Position numbers and translations under genes: made by a program
The notes under the pieces: model-generated
The model's database searches: none
What the model was told of the DNA's origin: nothing
What the model saw: the letters and a program-made list of their open reading frames with translations, nothing else
Shown: piece by piece, positions 1-12,149 of the stretch
Numbering within the stretch: position 1 is the first letter of the stretch
Layout: every line of letters starts with the position of its first letter
Assembly: GCF_006345805.1 (NCBI RefSeq)
Contig: NC_043001.1
Coordinates: 90,024,001 to 90,088,000 of the forward strand
Direction: 5' to 3'
Length of the DNA: 64,000 nt
Source of the DNA: Octopus sinensis
Lineage: Eukaryota

Positions 1-123
1 AAGGATCAAAGGTGAAGTCGACCTCAGCAGCATTTGAGCATTTTAACTCAGAACGTTAAGACGGACGAAATGCTGTCTGCTCACCACCTTGATGGAAACT
101 GCAACATTAACGATACTTAATAC

Positions 124-357
124 CTATTTCTTTATTACTCACAAGGGGCTAAACAGAGAGGGTACAAACAAGGACAGACAAACGGATTAAGTCGATTACA
201 TCGACTCCAGTGCGCAACTGGTACTTAATTTATCGACCCCGAAAGGATGAAAGGCAAAGTCAACCTCGGTAGAATTTGAACTCAGAACGTAGCGGCAGAC
301 GAGATACCGCAAAGCATTTCGCCCGGCGTGCTAACGTTTCTGCCAGCTCGCCGCCTT
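124..357 (-). mobile_element. tRNA-derived SINE, family B (B1 tail), full length; a further fragment lies at 1-95
   Basis: Reverse complement reads AAGGCGGCGAGCTGGCAGAAACGTTAG (A-box-like) ... GAGTTCAAATT (B-box-like) ... GCCTTTCATCCTTTCGGGGTCGATAAA core. It matches copies at 10222, 15522 and 19790 in this window. Confidence 0.85.
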
Positions 358-1048
358 AACGATACTTAATACCAATGACATTGTCACTTAGTATGAGTAA
401 AATACGAAATCGGAAAACAGTAGGAGTGTACATAGTTACATGAACAGTTTATGATCGATGAAAAAAAATCCAGTAAAACGATGCATAAGAGCATATTTGG
501 TGACCACTAGTGTCATGCTAAGAAAATAGTTCAGTGTAGAAAATATTTTGTTAGTTATTACGCTTTAATAAAACGTATACATGGAATTTGATAAAAAAGG
601 GAAAAGTATCCATCTATGGTGTTGCTACATGGTGTACTGTCTATAGAAGCCCTTGAGTTTTCTGTCCACCACCCCATACATATTCAGGGTTATAAAGCAG
701 ACCCCAAAGTGCCGTCCTCATAAAAGTGTTACGTGGGGTGGAGCATTCCCTCGTCTCCATTTAGATACGCTTCTGCTATCATGAGTAATTTTAAAAACAA
801 GGCATGGTAACAGACCAGTTAAACAAGACAATCTAGCATCAGTCAAAATATCTCACTTCATTCCACGAATGATTTCGTACAACATTCTTGGAAAGAATCT
901 TGTACGAATCGTTTATAGGTTTAGCACAGAGTCACACATGGAATAGCGGAATGTAATCGACCGAATTGATTACATTTTCAGTACAGATCTGGTATTTATT
1001 TTGTGAGCGTGTATGCGTGCGTTGTCATTACAAGGAAAAGGTTAACAC

Positions 1049-1215
1049 TGGCGCAGGAGTGGCTTTGCGGTAAGTAGCTTGCTTACCAACCACATGGTTC
1101 CGGGTTCAGTACCACTGCGTAGAACCTTGGGTAAGTGTATTCTACTATAGCCTCGGACCGACTAAAGCCCTGTGAGTGGATTTGGTTGACGGAAACAGAA
1201 AGAAACCAGTCGTAT
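1049..1215 (+). mobile_element. tRNA-derived SINE, family A, 5' half
   Basis: GGCGCAGGAGTGGCT..TGGTAAG..GGTTCCGGGTTCAGT head, then CCTTGGGCAAGTGT-type core; ends at the internal (TA)n tract. Confidence 0.85.
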
Positions 1216-1260
1216 ATATATATATATAATATATATATATATAATATATATATATATAAT

Positions 1261-1295
<35 letters not shown>

Positions 1296-1329
1296 GCATG
1301 TATATATACATGCATATATATATATATAT

Positions 1330-1619
1330 GAGTACAGGACACCACAAATAAACTTAGAACACAACGAGAAACGAAAACAAAAACAAAAAAGGAAACGGAT
1401 TTTTTTTAACAACGAAAAAACAGAGTACAAGACAAACAATACAAGGAATATTCCCCTTCATCAGCTGCCCTTGGTTTGACTCAATGTGTGTTTCGAAGGT
1501 AAGGGGAGAACACGATCCGGCCGAAGCAGTCCTTTCCGCAAAATGAATTAAATAAAATTCTTTTGCAGAAGGGTAAAAAAAAAAAAAAATGACAAGAACA
1601 GGACGTAAAAGCAATACTC

Positions 1620-1620
<1 letters not shown>
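1330..1620 (-). mobile_element. Penelope-terminal-like non-coding element P1, copy 1
   Basis: Embedded in (TA)n. Minus strand has CCTTC-GAAA-CACAC...CTGATGA-AGGGG. Near-identical copy at 2030-2321 and a diverged relative at 55435-55810. The Penelope assignment is inference. Confidence 0.5.
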
Positions 1621-1652
<32 letters not shown>

Positions 1653-1811
1653 ATATTATATATATATATATATATAATATATATATATATAAACTTACTT
1701 GGAGGATAAGAAATGACGCGAGGCGCTCAGTCATATAATAATTTAATAAATAAAACATATGCATACATACATACATATATGTACGTACCTACCTCTACAT
1801 GTATATATACA

Positions 1812-1863
<52 letters not shown>

Positions 1864-1998
1864 TACTTGGAGGATAAGAAATGACGCGAGGCGCTCAGTC
1901 ATATAATAATTTAATAAATAAAACATATGCATACATACATACATACATATATGTACATACCTACATCTATATGTATATATACATGCATATATATATAT

Positions 1999-2029
<31 letters not shown>

Positions 2030-2317
2030 GAGTACAGGACACCACAAATAAACTTAGAACACAACGAGAAACGAAAACAAAAACAAAAAAGGAAACGGAT
2101 TTTTTTTAACAACGAAAAAACAGAGTACAAGACAAACAATACAAGGAATATTCCCCTTCATCAGCTGCCCTTGTTTGACTCAATGTGTGTTTCGAAGGTA
2201 AGGGGAGAACACGATCCGGCCGAAGCAGTCCTTTCCGCAAAATGAATTAAATAAAATTCTTTTGCAGAAGGGTAAAAAAAAAAAAAAAAATGACAAGAAC
2301 AGGACGTAAAAGCAATA

Positions 2318-2321
<4 letters not shown>
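2030..2321 (-). mobile_element. Penelope-terminal-like element P1, copy 2 (tandem duplicate)
   Basis: Essentially identical to 1330-1620 at an offset of 700 bp. Confidence 0.55.
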
Positions 2322-2365
<44 letters not shown>

Positions 2366-2439
2366 TGTATATATACATATAGATGTAGGTATGTACATAT
2401 ATGTATGTATGCATATGTTTTATTTGTTAAATTGTTGTT

Positions 2440-2830
2440 GTGTGGTAAGTAGCTTGTTTACCAACCACATGGTTCCGGGTTCAGTCCTACTGCGTGGCAC
2501 CTTGGGCAAGTGTCTTCTACTATAGCCTCGGGCTGACCAAAGCCTTGTGAGTGGATTTGGTAGACGGAAACTGAAAGAATCCCGTCGTATATATGTATAT
2601 ATATGTATGTGTGTGTGTTTGTGTGTCTGTGTTTGTCCCCCTAGCATTGCTTGACAACCGATGCTGGTGTGTTTATGTCCTCGTTACTTAGCGGTTCGGC
2701 AAAAGAGACCGATAGAATAAGTACTGGGCTTACAAAAGAATAAGTCCCGGGGTCGATTTTCTCGATTAAAGGCGGTGCTCCAGCATGGCCGCAGTCAAAT
2801 GACTGAAACAAGTAAAAGAGTAAAAGAGTA
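2440..2830 (+). mobile_element. SINE family A, near full length
   Basis: Head, core, internal TA/TG tract, 3' half ending in CAGTCAAATGACTGAAACAAGTAAAAGAGTAAAAGAG. Confidence 0.9.
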
Positions 2831-3402
2831 TATATATATCTATATATATGTATATATATATATACACACATATAGTGGGCACATACGAACATACAAACTA
2901 TGTACATGGACGTGTACAGGAAAATCTTTTTCCTACGCTGACAGTTTCTCTCTCTGCGAATTAATTTGTTACTGTTGCTGTTGTTGCTTCTGTTACTGCA
3001 GTTTAAAAGAAGCCGTTGTTTATGTCCCAGCACCTCTATGTTTAAATGTATTTATATCTAAGCTTGTAGATCTTGACTCATGATAAATGCCTTTTTTTTG
3101 TTTCTTGTGACAAATTAGATCTAATCACACTGGGAGACACACAGCAGTCAGGAATCATTCTTTTCAGTGGAATTTACACTTTTGCTCAGTCACGTTGATA
3201 AGTATTTCCTGACACTTTCCTCTCTCGTGACATCCATAACGTCATTTTATTGACAGGACGTAGCTGTTTGTGTGTTGGAATCTTTTGATTGACTAACTTA
3301 CATGATGAGCTTGTAAATTATTTTCTGGTTGAACGATTTCGATCCTTAACTTATGGTAGAACACTACCGGAAACAAGCGATGCTGTCAGCTGGTGACGCT
3401 AA

Positions 3403-3458
3403 TAAATTATGCATGTATACATAATTATGCATGTATACATAAATTATGCATGTATACA
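3403..3458. repeat. Short minisatellite, about 3 x 19-20 bp (AATTATGCATGTATACATA)
   Basis: Direct tandem copies are visible in the sequence. Confidence 0.8.
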
Positions 3459-3555
3459 GCGGTGGTGCCCCAGCATGGCTGCGGCCTTCGAGCTAAAACA
3501 TTTTAAAGGATTTTTAAGGATACATACATACATACATACATACATACATTATATA

Positions 3556-4305
3556 CCAGCAAAACGCCCCCCCCCGTTTAATGGACGGTGCTGAGTTGTC
3601 AAACATTTAAACTAAATTTTCTCAAAACTTGTCCGACTGTCCCTTAGGCCTCCCTTTTGAGAAACACTGATTTAACCTAAATTTGAGACACCAGCAAAAG
3701 AAGAAATAAAGATAGACTTTTTTCTGATCCAAAGAAAAATGATTTTATTGACACAAATATGCAACCGAAGAGTTTAAAGTACCAGTAATGATAAAGCTGC
3801 TGACTGGGCGAACACAAACATGGTTTAAATAGTAAGCTTGGCAGGAAAGAAACGTGCCTTTAAGCAGTACAAAAACAACTAAAAATGGAGGGTGCAGTTA
3901 TATACGGGTTGACGGGAGAAAAGCAGGACAAAAACGATGCATGCAAATGGGTTAGCTGGAGGTAAATCTAGATGGAAAAGCATGATGAATTTATGAGAAC
4001 GTACTTGGGACAATAATAAGTTTATCCGATCAAACATGTAGGAAACTGCACGTGCATTTTTCTCGCGTACGCGTAGTATCGATCGCAACAGCTGATGTAC
4101 TTGCACGTACAAATGCACGTTCCCACGGCTTTATCGATCGCATTCTCACCTGGAATCGATTTTTGTAATTTTTTCAAGACATATACACGCCCTGATATCG
4201 TCGGTATCTACATATCAAATTTGAGCGCAATCGGATGGAGGATGCCCGAGTTCCTAGAAGACACACACACACACGCACAGACAGACAGACAGACACAACA
4301 GATTT

Positions 4306-4310
<5 letters not shown>
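3556..4310 (-). mobile_element. Degenerate non-autonomous Helitron
   Basis: Minus-strand 3' end has a CCGT...ACGG hairpin (3574-3588) followed by CTGG|T (decayed CTAG|T). Its 5' end has TATAAAATCTGTTGTGTCTGTCTGTC and a CCGATTGCGCTCAAATTTG motif like the other Helitrons here. Confidence 0.55.
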
Positions 4311-4355
<45 letters not shown>

Positions 4356-4428
4356 TATATATATATACATATTACTAGTACATAATAATGTTGGTTGCGG
4401 TCGAAAGCAAGAATCGTGCTGGCTAGTT

Positions 4429-4478
<50 letters not shown>

Positions 4479-4570
4479 ATTTAATTTCGGTGCTGTAAAA
4501 CATCAGCTTCACTAATGGTGAAAGGCGGTCGGTGAATAAAATATTTGTTACGTTTTAGCCTTGTTTGCAG

Positions 4571-4663
4571 TGGACTTAGCTGATGAAGGACAAGAGCCCT
4601 TTGGCGAAAATCCAGAAATCGATTCTAAGTTATCTGCCATTTCTCATTACGTTTATCGCAGAG
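4571..4663 (+). CDS. Candidate 93-nt phase-1/phase-1 coding exon (xDLADEGQEPFGENPEIDSKLSAISHYVYRRG); protein not recognised
   Basis: Acceptor TTTTAGCCTTGTTTGCAG| and donor AG|GTAAGA; open frame; length divisible by 3. It overlaps the hammerhead-like motif, so it may be element-derived rather than a host exon. Confidence 0.3.
4574..4630 (+). ncRNA. Hammerhead-ribozyme-like motif, type I topology
   Basis: Stem I ACTTAG(4574-79)/CTAAGT(4625-30); core CTGATGA 4580-86; stem II GGA/TCC with an internal GCC/GGC hairpin; GAAA 4615-18; palindromic stem III ATCGAT; AUU triplet. Position 10.1/11.1 is an A.A mismatch. Confidence 0.5.
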
Positions 4664-5241
4664 GTAAGACACAAAATTGTTTTTCACAGCCCGCCTTTCA
4701 CCATGCTTGTTTTAAGTGTCAGTATATATGTTTTCATCATAGAAATCTATCAAATTTAATCACAAGGCATTGGTCGGCCAAAAGGAGTAGTAGAAGACAC
4801 TTGCCCATGGAGTCACATTATTGGACTGAACCCGAAGCCACGTGGTTGCAAGTCGTGCATTTTAACTGCGCCCACTGTTAAATACTATTTTTGTTTTTCA
4901 TTCAGAATATTTTCATATTCTAGCTACGGTTATTGTTTTTCTAATCTTTGAATTATTAATTCTGTATTCCTTTATTCCGTTTCGCAATTAATCCCCACGC
5001 GTAGGCAGCGTTTAAATGTTATTATAATGTTAAATGCTGTTTAATTCGTATACATATTTTGATATAAAATATGTGCTACAGTGAACATTTGCTATGTTGA
5101 ATTTTTCTTTGTGAAGGAAATATTTGGAGAGGCTATTGTTCTTGGTCATAGCTATACTTCATACGTGTTTTTGTATGTATGTATGTATGTATGTATGTAT
5201 GTATGTATGTATGTATGTATGTATGTATGTATGTATGTATG

Positions 5242-5292
<51 letters not shown>

Positions 5293-5488
5293 CTTTCTGT
5301 TTCTGTGTGTACTTGTATTTCAAAGGACCAGCCTTGTCACACTCTGTGTCAAGCTGAATCTCCCCGAGAACTACGTTAAGGGTACCCGTGTCTGTGGAAT
5401 GCTCAGCTATTTGCACGTTAATTTCATGAGTAGGCTGTTCCGTTGATCGTATCAACTGGAATCCTCCCCGTCGGAACCGACGGAGTGC

Positions 5489-5544
<56 letters not shown>

Positions 5545-5546
<2 letters not shown>

Positions 5547-5750
5547 TCTTTTACTCTTTTACTCTTTTACTTGTTTCAGTCATTTGACTGCGGCCATGCT
5601 GGAGCACCGCCTTTAGTCGAGCAAACTTGTTCTTTGTAAGCCCAGTACTTATTCTATCGGTCTCTTTTGCCGAACCGCTAAGTGACGGGGACGTAAACAC
5701 ACCAGCATCGGTTGTCAGACAATGCTAGGGGGACAAACACAGACACACAA

Positions 5751-5806
<56 letters not shown>

Positions 5807-5910
5807 CACATATATACGACAGGCTTCTTTCAGTTTCCGTCTACCAAATCCACTCACAAGGCATTGGTCGGCCCGGGGCTATAGCAGAAGACACTTGCCC
5901 AAGATGCCAC
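5545..5910 (-). mobile_element. SINE family A, 5'-truncated
   Basis: Reverse complement of the family A 3' half and core; (CTTTTA)n tail at the left. Confidence 0.85.
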
Positions 5911-5952
5911 AATGTAAACTGCAGGTTGCAATGTTTCACCAAAAAGAAGAGT

Positions 5953-6299
5953 TATAATTGTCACTAAATGTGACCAAGGTGTTAGAAAACACCTAAATTG
6001 CTAGAAATAAGAGCTAAACGCTCTAATACTGTAGTTAATGCACATGATTGAAAACATATACACTAACAGGGACCATAATTGTGCGAAAAATAGTGACCGA
6101 GGATTTTTAAGACTGATGCGTCACTTTCGGCACTTTCCGTTGCCATCATCAGTTAAGCCAGCTCGGTGTTCGGCTGTTTCTCTAGTAGCGTATAAGTTTT
6201 CGTTATCCAAATTAATGGAAGCTTTAGCGAATCGCTAAGCTCTCATTTCTAGCAATGTAGGTGTTTTTAACTCCCTAGTCACATTTAGTAACAATTATA
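5953..6299. mobile_element. Foldback element with about 68-bp inverted arms (5953-6020 / 6233-6299) enclosing a hammerhead motif
   Basis: Arms TATAATTGTCACTAAATGTGACC...GAGCTAAACG and CGCTAAGCTC...GTCACATTTAGTAACAATTATA are about 85% complementary. The internal part is homologous to 61300-61520. Confidence 0.75.
6107..6156 (-). ncRNA. Hammerhead ribozyme motif, type I, one core-proximal mismatch
   Basis: Minus strand: TTAA-CTGATGA-TGGCAACGGAAAGTGCC-GAAA-GTGACGCATCAGT-C-TTAA. GUC triplet; stem III A(G)TGA/TCAGT with G.G at 15.2/16.2. Confidence 0.65.
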
Positions 6300-6398
6300 C
6301 ATATATGGTGTGGCTGTGTAGTAGGAAGTTTGCTTCCCAGCCACATGGTCACATGGTTAGTATACTTGGTAGGCGAAAGCTACAAGAAGTCTGTCGTA

Positions 6399-6446
<48 letters not shown>

Positions 6447-6531
6447 CAAGCATATGAATAAACATGTATACACACACACATATATATATATTATCATGTA
6501 TATAGATATATATGTATGCAATACATATATT

Positions 6532-6577
<46 letters not shown>

Positions 6578-6578
<1 letters not shown>

Positions 6579-6755
6579 GACAGAGAATTCACAAAAGAAA
6601 AGACGAAGAGGTGGTGTTGACAACAAACAGATGTATTAGTTTAACGCTCGGGAAGTGAAGAAGTCTTTAAGGTTTCGAGCCTACGCTCTTCCACAGAGAG
6701 GAACACAGAAAGAAACAAGGAGAGAAAATAAAGCGGAAAATATATATATACAGAT
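6578..6755 (-). mobile_element. Penelope-terminal-like element P2
   Basis: In (TA)n; minus strand CTGTGGAAGAGCGTAGGCTCGAAAC; homologous to 8425-8590 (+) and 29770-29950 (-). Confidence 0.5.
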
Positions 6756-6924
6756 ATATACATATATACACACATATATATATATATATATATATCCATA
6801 TATATATATGCATATAAATCTATATCTATATATTATATACATATACATATATACATATACATCTATACATACACATCTATAAATATACATCTATATATAT
6901 ATGTACATATATATTATTATATAT

Positions 6925-6962
<38 letters not shown>

Positions 6963-7208
6963 CATAGATACATGCATACATACATATATATATATATAAC
7001 ATACATATATATATACATTTAGATAAACATACATATATATACACATATATATACATATAAATAGACACATATATACATATATTTATACATATAATATATA
7101 TACATATATATGTACATACACATATATGGGCAGATGTATATACACATATATACATGCATACATACATACATACATATACGTATACATACATAAATATATA
7201 TATATATA

Positions 7209-7589
7209 CTAGCAGTATCGCCCGGCGTTGCTCAGGTTTGTAAGGGAAATAAGTATAAAGCATTTTTAGAGAGTTATAGCCAAAAAATAGCAAAAATATG
7301 GAAAAAGATGATGGTAAATTTTTTTTTGAGAGTTAAAAAAGGATGGAGTTGCGTCCCCTAGACAGTTTGTGGTTCGTGTTTCTGATTCTCGACCCCATGT
7401 CAAATTTATCGATTTTTTCAGAACTGGGGTAACTTTTCAAAATTTTGGCTGCGTTAGTTTTGAATTATGACATTGGGCTATATGTGTGTCAAGTTTCATC
7501 AGAATCGGTTGAAAGCCGTGGTCAGGGTGAGGGTACAAGCAAACAGACAACAGAAAACACGCACAGACAAACTGCCGTTTATATATAGA
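7209..7589 (-). mobile_element. Non-autonomous Helitron, complete
   Basis: Minus strand A|TC start at 7589; subterminal hairpin; CTAG|T end at 7209-7212. Shares termini with 23675-24069. Confidence 0.85.
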
Positions 7590-7887
7590 TATATATATAT
7601 ACATATTATATATATATATATATATATAATATATAATAATATATATATACATATATATATATACGTATATATATTTATATATATATATATGTGTATATAT
7701 GTATGTATGTATGTATATATATATGTATATGTGTATGTATATAGGTATGCTTTTATATATGTGAGATAATATTTTTAGTATTACTAGTTTCACTATGTAC
7801 ATATTGTATACATAGTGAAAGTATTAATAGTGAAACATGTAAGACAATAATAGAATAAAAGAATATATAATATACATGTTATATATG

Positions 7888-7956
<69 letters not shown>

Positions 7957-8059
7957 TGCACACGCACGTACGCACGCACATAATTCGATTTAGGTGCCTA
8001 CCTACACTTATTGCTAAAAATATTGGGTAATGACCGGAAAATGCGTAACTCGGTCAAGG

Positions 8060-8335
8060 AGGTTCAACTGGCCAAGCCGCTCCTATACTACGGAGATAAT
8101 ATTAGAATATCACAGGAAAGAATCGCACGATGAAGGCTTCAAGTAGAACCAACCGGCAGCAAACCTAGAGTAGACAAATGACGAAATCGTTGGATAATAT
8201 CTAGAGCGTCAATTGGCCACACTTGTGAAACTAACCGGAAAATCTGATGGCTATTACTTCTGATAGGACTCGATAGAAGAGATGCTGGAGGACTGTACTC
8301 CCACGACCTTTTGTAGGAATAGCGGGCGGAAAAGA
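8060..8335 (+). mobile_element. Decayed RTE-clade LINE 3' fragment
   Basis: Decayed QERIAR..L.VEPTG..PR...R.RW..NI-like coding remnant; homologous to 50050-50290. Confidence 0.55.
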
Positions 8336-8424
8336 TGGGGTCATCTTTACTTTGTTATCTCCCCTACTTTCCCTCTCGTGTGTGACCCTTCTGTCCGAGT
8401 CAGTCGCCATGATAGATCGTTAGC

Positions 8425-8590
8425 CACTACACACATTTTTTTCTCTCTCCTTGTTTTTTCTGTGTCCCTTTCTGTAGACGAGCGTAGACTCGAAACGTAA
8501 AAGATTTTTTCTATTCCTGAGCGTTATACTAATACATCTGTTTGTTTTGTACACCACCTGTCTTCGTCTTTTATTTTTTCGTAAACTCTC
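8425..8590 (+). mobile_element. Penelope-terminal-like element P2
   Basis: CTGTAGACGAGCGTAGACTCGAAACGTAAAAGA; inverted relative to 6578-6755; abuts (TATG)n. Confidence 0.5.
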
Positions 8591-8612
8591 CTTATGTATG
8601 TATGTATGTATG

Positions 8613-8646
<34 letters not shown>

Positions 8647-8789
8647 TGTATGTATGTATGTATGTATGTATGTATGTATGCATGTATGTATGTATGTATG
8701 TATGTATGTATGTATGTATGTATGTATGTATGTATCATACATGCTCTCACTCCCACCTTCTTACTTTCATGCTCTCCTCCATGCACTTA

Positions 8790-9240
8790 ATGATTATACA
8801 CACTCAGCAACTCACCATACTCCTACTAACTCAGGCCACTATGTTTCCGTTTCTGCACACCTCAGAAATACCAACACATATACCACAAAAATCACACATA
8901 CAGTAACTCCTTATTCCCGTCTCGAAACATAGACACACTCCTACAAATGCACATTCCCCTCCCTGCCTTCTTAATTCCTCCCAGAGAATTGTATCCCAAT
9001 GTGGCTCTAACTCCTCAACCGGTTTTCCCTCTCTCCCTCTTCTAAACCGCTTTCCCCTTTTCACAGTCTTTTTTATTGTTCTGCTATACTTTTCTTCTGA
9101 TGAAGGATTAACATCCAAAACATTAAGGCACGCACCTTCCATTTCAAGCGTTAAAGTAATACATATTTTTGAAAATCTTGTCCCTTCTGTGTCGTCTTTC
9201 TTCTTTATTTTCGTTCATTGCCTTCATAACAAGCACTCAC
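8790..9240 (+). mobile_element. Penelope pLTR-like segment with a degenerate hammerhead at 9094-9127
   Basis: CTT-CTGATGA-A-GGAT-TAAC-ATCC-AAAA(for GAAA)-CATT-AAG, preceded by a pyrimidine-rich tract; flanked by microsatellites. Confidence 0.45.
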
Positions 9241-9253
9241 GTATATATATATA

Positions 9254-9400
9254 TTGGCGTTAGGAAGGGCATCCAGCTGTAGAAACTCTGCCAGATCAGA
9301 TTGCTGCCTGGCGCAGCCATCTGGTTCGCCAGTTCTCAGTCAAATCGTCCAAACCATGCTAGCATGGAAAGCGGACATTAAATGATGATGATGATGATAA
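9254..9400 (+). mobile_element. Family E (RTE-type non-autonomous retroposon) 3' end with (GAT)n tail
   Basis: GGCGTTAGGAAGGGCATCCAGCTGTAGAAACTCTGCCAGATC...GGAAAGCGGACATTAAATGATGATG; many copies in the window. Confidence 0.8.
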
Positions 9401-9508
9401 TGATATATATATATATATGTAAATAATGTATGCGCAAATATGAGGTATGTATATGTACATATGTATGAATGTATGCATGTGTATGTGTGAGTGTGTGTGT
9501 GTGTGTGC

Positions 9509-9582
<74 letters not shown>

Positions 9583-10221
9583 AGATATATATGTACGTGT
9601 AGGCCTGTGTGCCTGTATGTTCATGTATGGATAGATAGTCTGCTCAAAGTGTTTTTATAATATATTGAGAAAAGAAAAATCAATAAAAACGAGAATGGTG
9701 TTAGAGAGAAATTGGGCGGGAGTGTATTTTGAAAGTTAATTTCAAGTCAGATGAGAGACGAAGGATGCTTCAGAAGAAGATGGACGTAGTTGCATATGGC
9801 TGAATTTTGACGTTAAAGAAAACTATAAGTGTAAGGATAGCAATCAAATATTGTTATTGTTCTTGCTATCGTTCTTGCTAATGTTGTTGTTGGTGTTGCT
9901 AGTAGTTTTAATGACAATGGTCTTAGTTAAATAATAGACGCACTACACGGCGTCTTGGTAAACTGAGTTGTACGGTAAACTTCCGGGTGTGTGACTTTAG
10001 TCGCGTTTGTAGCTTCACCGAGAAAAGCCGACACTATGTTTAAATTACATGTTTCCTATCTGACTATAGAAAACAAAAGTCGACGGTCTGTCTAGTTAAA
10101 GCGTTTAAATAGTCTTCATCGATGAAGGTTGATCATGCATCTGTATATCTATATACAAGCCTGGGCTCTTTACGAAGAATGCAAATCTCCTGTCTTCACA
10201 TAATTGATATTTATTTCAAGA

Positions 10222-10660
10222 GGAAGGCGGCGAGCTGGCAGAAACGTTAGCACGCCGGGCGAAATGCGTAGCCGTATTTCGTCTGCCGTTACGTTGTGAG
10301 TTCAAATTCCGCCGAGGTTGACTTTGCTTTTCATCCTTTCGGGGTCGATAAATTAAGTACAAGTTACGCATTGGAGTCGATATAATCGACTTAATCCGTT
10401 TGTCTGTCCTTGTTTGTCCTCTCTGTGTTTAGCCCTTTGAGGGCAATAAAGAAATAAGAATCGTTAGCACGCCAGGTAAAATGCTAAACGGCATTTTGTC
10501 CGTCTTACGTTCTGAATTCAAATTCCGCCGAAGTCGGATTTGTCTTTCATCCTCTCAGGGTTATTGAAATAAGTGCCAGTTGAGCACTGGGGTCTATGTA
10601 ATCGAGCTACCCTATGTCCCGAAGTTGCTGGTCTTGTACCAAAGTTTGAAATCAACATTT
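10222..10660 (+). mobile_element. Two tandem SINE family B copies (B1 10222-10452, B2 10459-10660)
   Basis: Both have the A/B-box head and core but different 3' tails. Confidence 0.85.
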
Positions 10661-11640
10661 ATCTGGAAGGAAAGGCCACCGACACTTGGGCGGATATAGA
10701 TGTTTTTTAATTTGTTGAATCTGGAGGAAGGGACGGAGTCCATGATCCTTGCGGGTCCTTCAAAATTGGAGAGACCGATTCCCGCCAACGTTCTGTTTGA
10801 ACTGATACAGGTCAGCATCTGCAGGAAAGACATTCTAGAAGAATAATGCTCTTGAGATGAAGGATTGTGAGAAGTAGAGAGTGCGGAGAAAGGCATGTTG
10901 GACGAATCATAGGTGACGTGAAGTGGAGAGATGAGTGGGGTGAAGATGCCTGAGTGGTGGAGATACAAGACAAGCCAGCTCAAGGAGCAGAGGTAATTAA
11001 AATAGCGATAAATAGCGATAAAAATGACGGAGAGAAGATATTGTATGGCTGGAGGTTGTCCGTTAGTGATGGAACGCAAATCAGCCAAGTTATCCATCAC
11101 TGGATGCGATTCAGAGTGTCTGTCTGCAGGGGATCACTGTCTGAGATGTGGACGCAGTACTCCATTGTGCCTGGTCCTCTAATAGTTCCGTTAATCCCCC
11201 GCTCTAGATTGGTATTTTTTTTATTGACCCTGAAAGAATGAAAGGCAAAGTTGACTGCGATCGGATTCGATCTGAGTGCGCTGAGATTCGGAACAAATGC
11301 TGCGGAGCATTCTAATCAACGCTGAAACGTCTCTTCCAATCCGTCACCCATATTTCAGTATTTATTACTTCCTTGTCAGAGATCGGTTATTCATATTCCT
11401 AAGCCCAGAGAAAATTACCAGCTGCAGTTATTTATAGTATACACTGACTTTGATATAACTAAACCTCTCTGCCTCAATTTGCATAAATACCTATTGTTTT
11501 CTCTGTGGTGATAGAAATGAATAACCGAGCCTTGAAGCAATAAAAAACAAACTACCAAAAGCTAGCAACGTCTGTCCCATTTTTTGCTAGAGAAAGAGAG
11601 AGAGAGAGAGAGAGGGAGAGGGAGAGGGAGAGGGAGAGAG

Positions 11641-11679
<39 letters not shown>

Positions 11680-12149
11680 TAAAAAAACCGTGTGTTTCAA
11701 GCAGTAGTGTAGTATGGGCTGCCAGCGCTCAAGGCAAGGCAAGTGTTTTTTGTGTGAGGCAGAGGGCGCGCTGTTTTTATTATTTGTTATTACTATTTTA
11801 TTGTCTTTTGCTTTTGAAAAGTTGTAACCAGGGCAACCATCCCCGTGGTCTTGTTCATGCTACGCTATTGTGTTTGACCTTAATAACGTGCGTTTACTAA
11901 ATACATATATAACTGATTTTAACATACAACTGAAGCCAGCAATTGAGAAGAATGGATGTTTATCGATTACGTCGTCGCCAGTACTTGACTGGTACTTTAA
12001 TTGATCGTCCTCAAAAGGATGAAAAGGGCAATATTAATTTGGGAGGAATATGAACTCAGAACGTAAAGAACCAGAAGAAATACTGCAAAGAAACTTTTGT
12101 TTCCATTCTGCCAACCCTCCGCCCTCTAAAATAACATATCTCTAAAATA

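Noticed and set aside
3302-3385. Minus-strand frame HRLFPVVFYHKLRIEIVQPENNLQAHH ending at a GTAAGT donor
   Set aside because: Weak acceptor, no homology recognised, and expected by chance in 64 kb.
10612-11150. 162-aa minus ORF in a purine-rich, GC-richer block
   Set aside because: No motif identified. It is probably a decayed LINE remnant, but I could not assign it.
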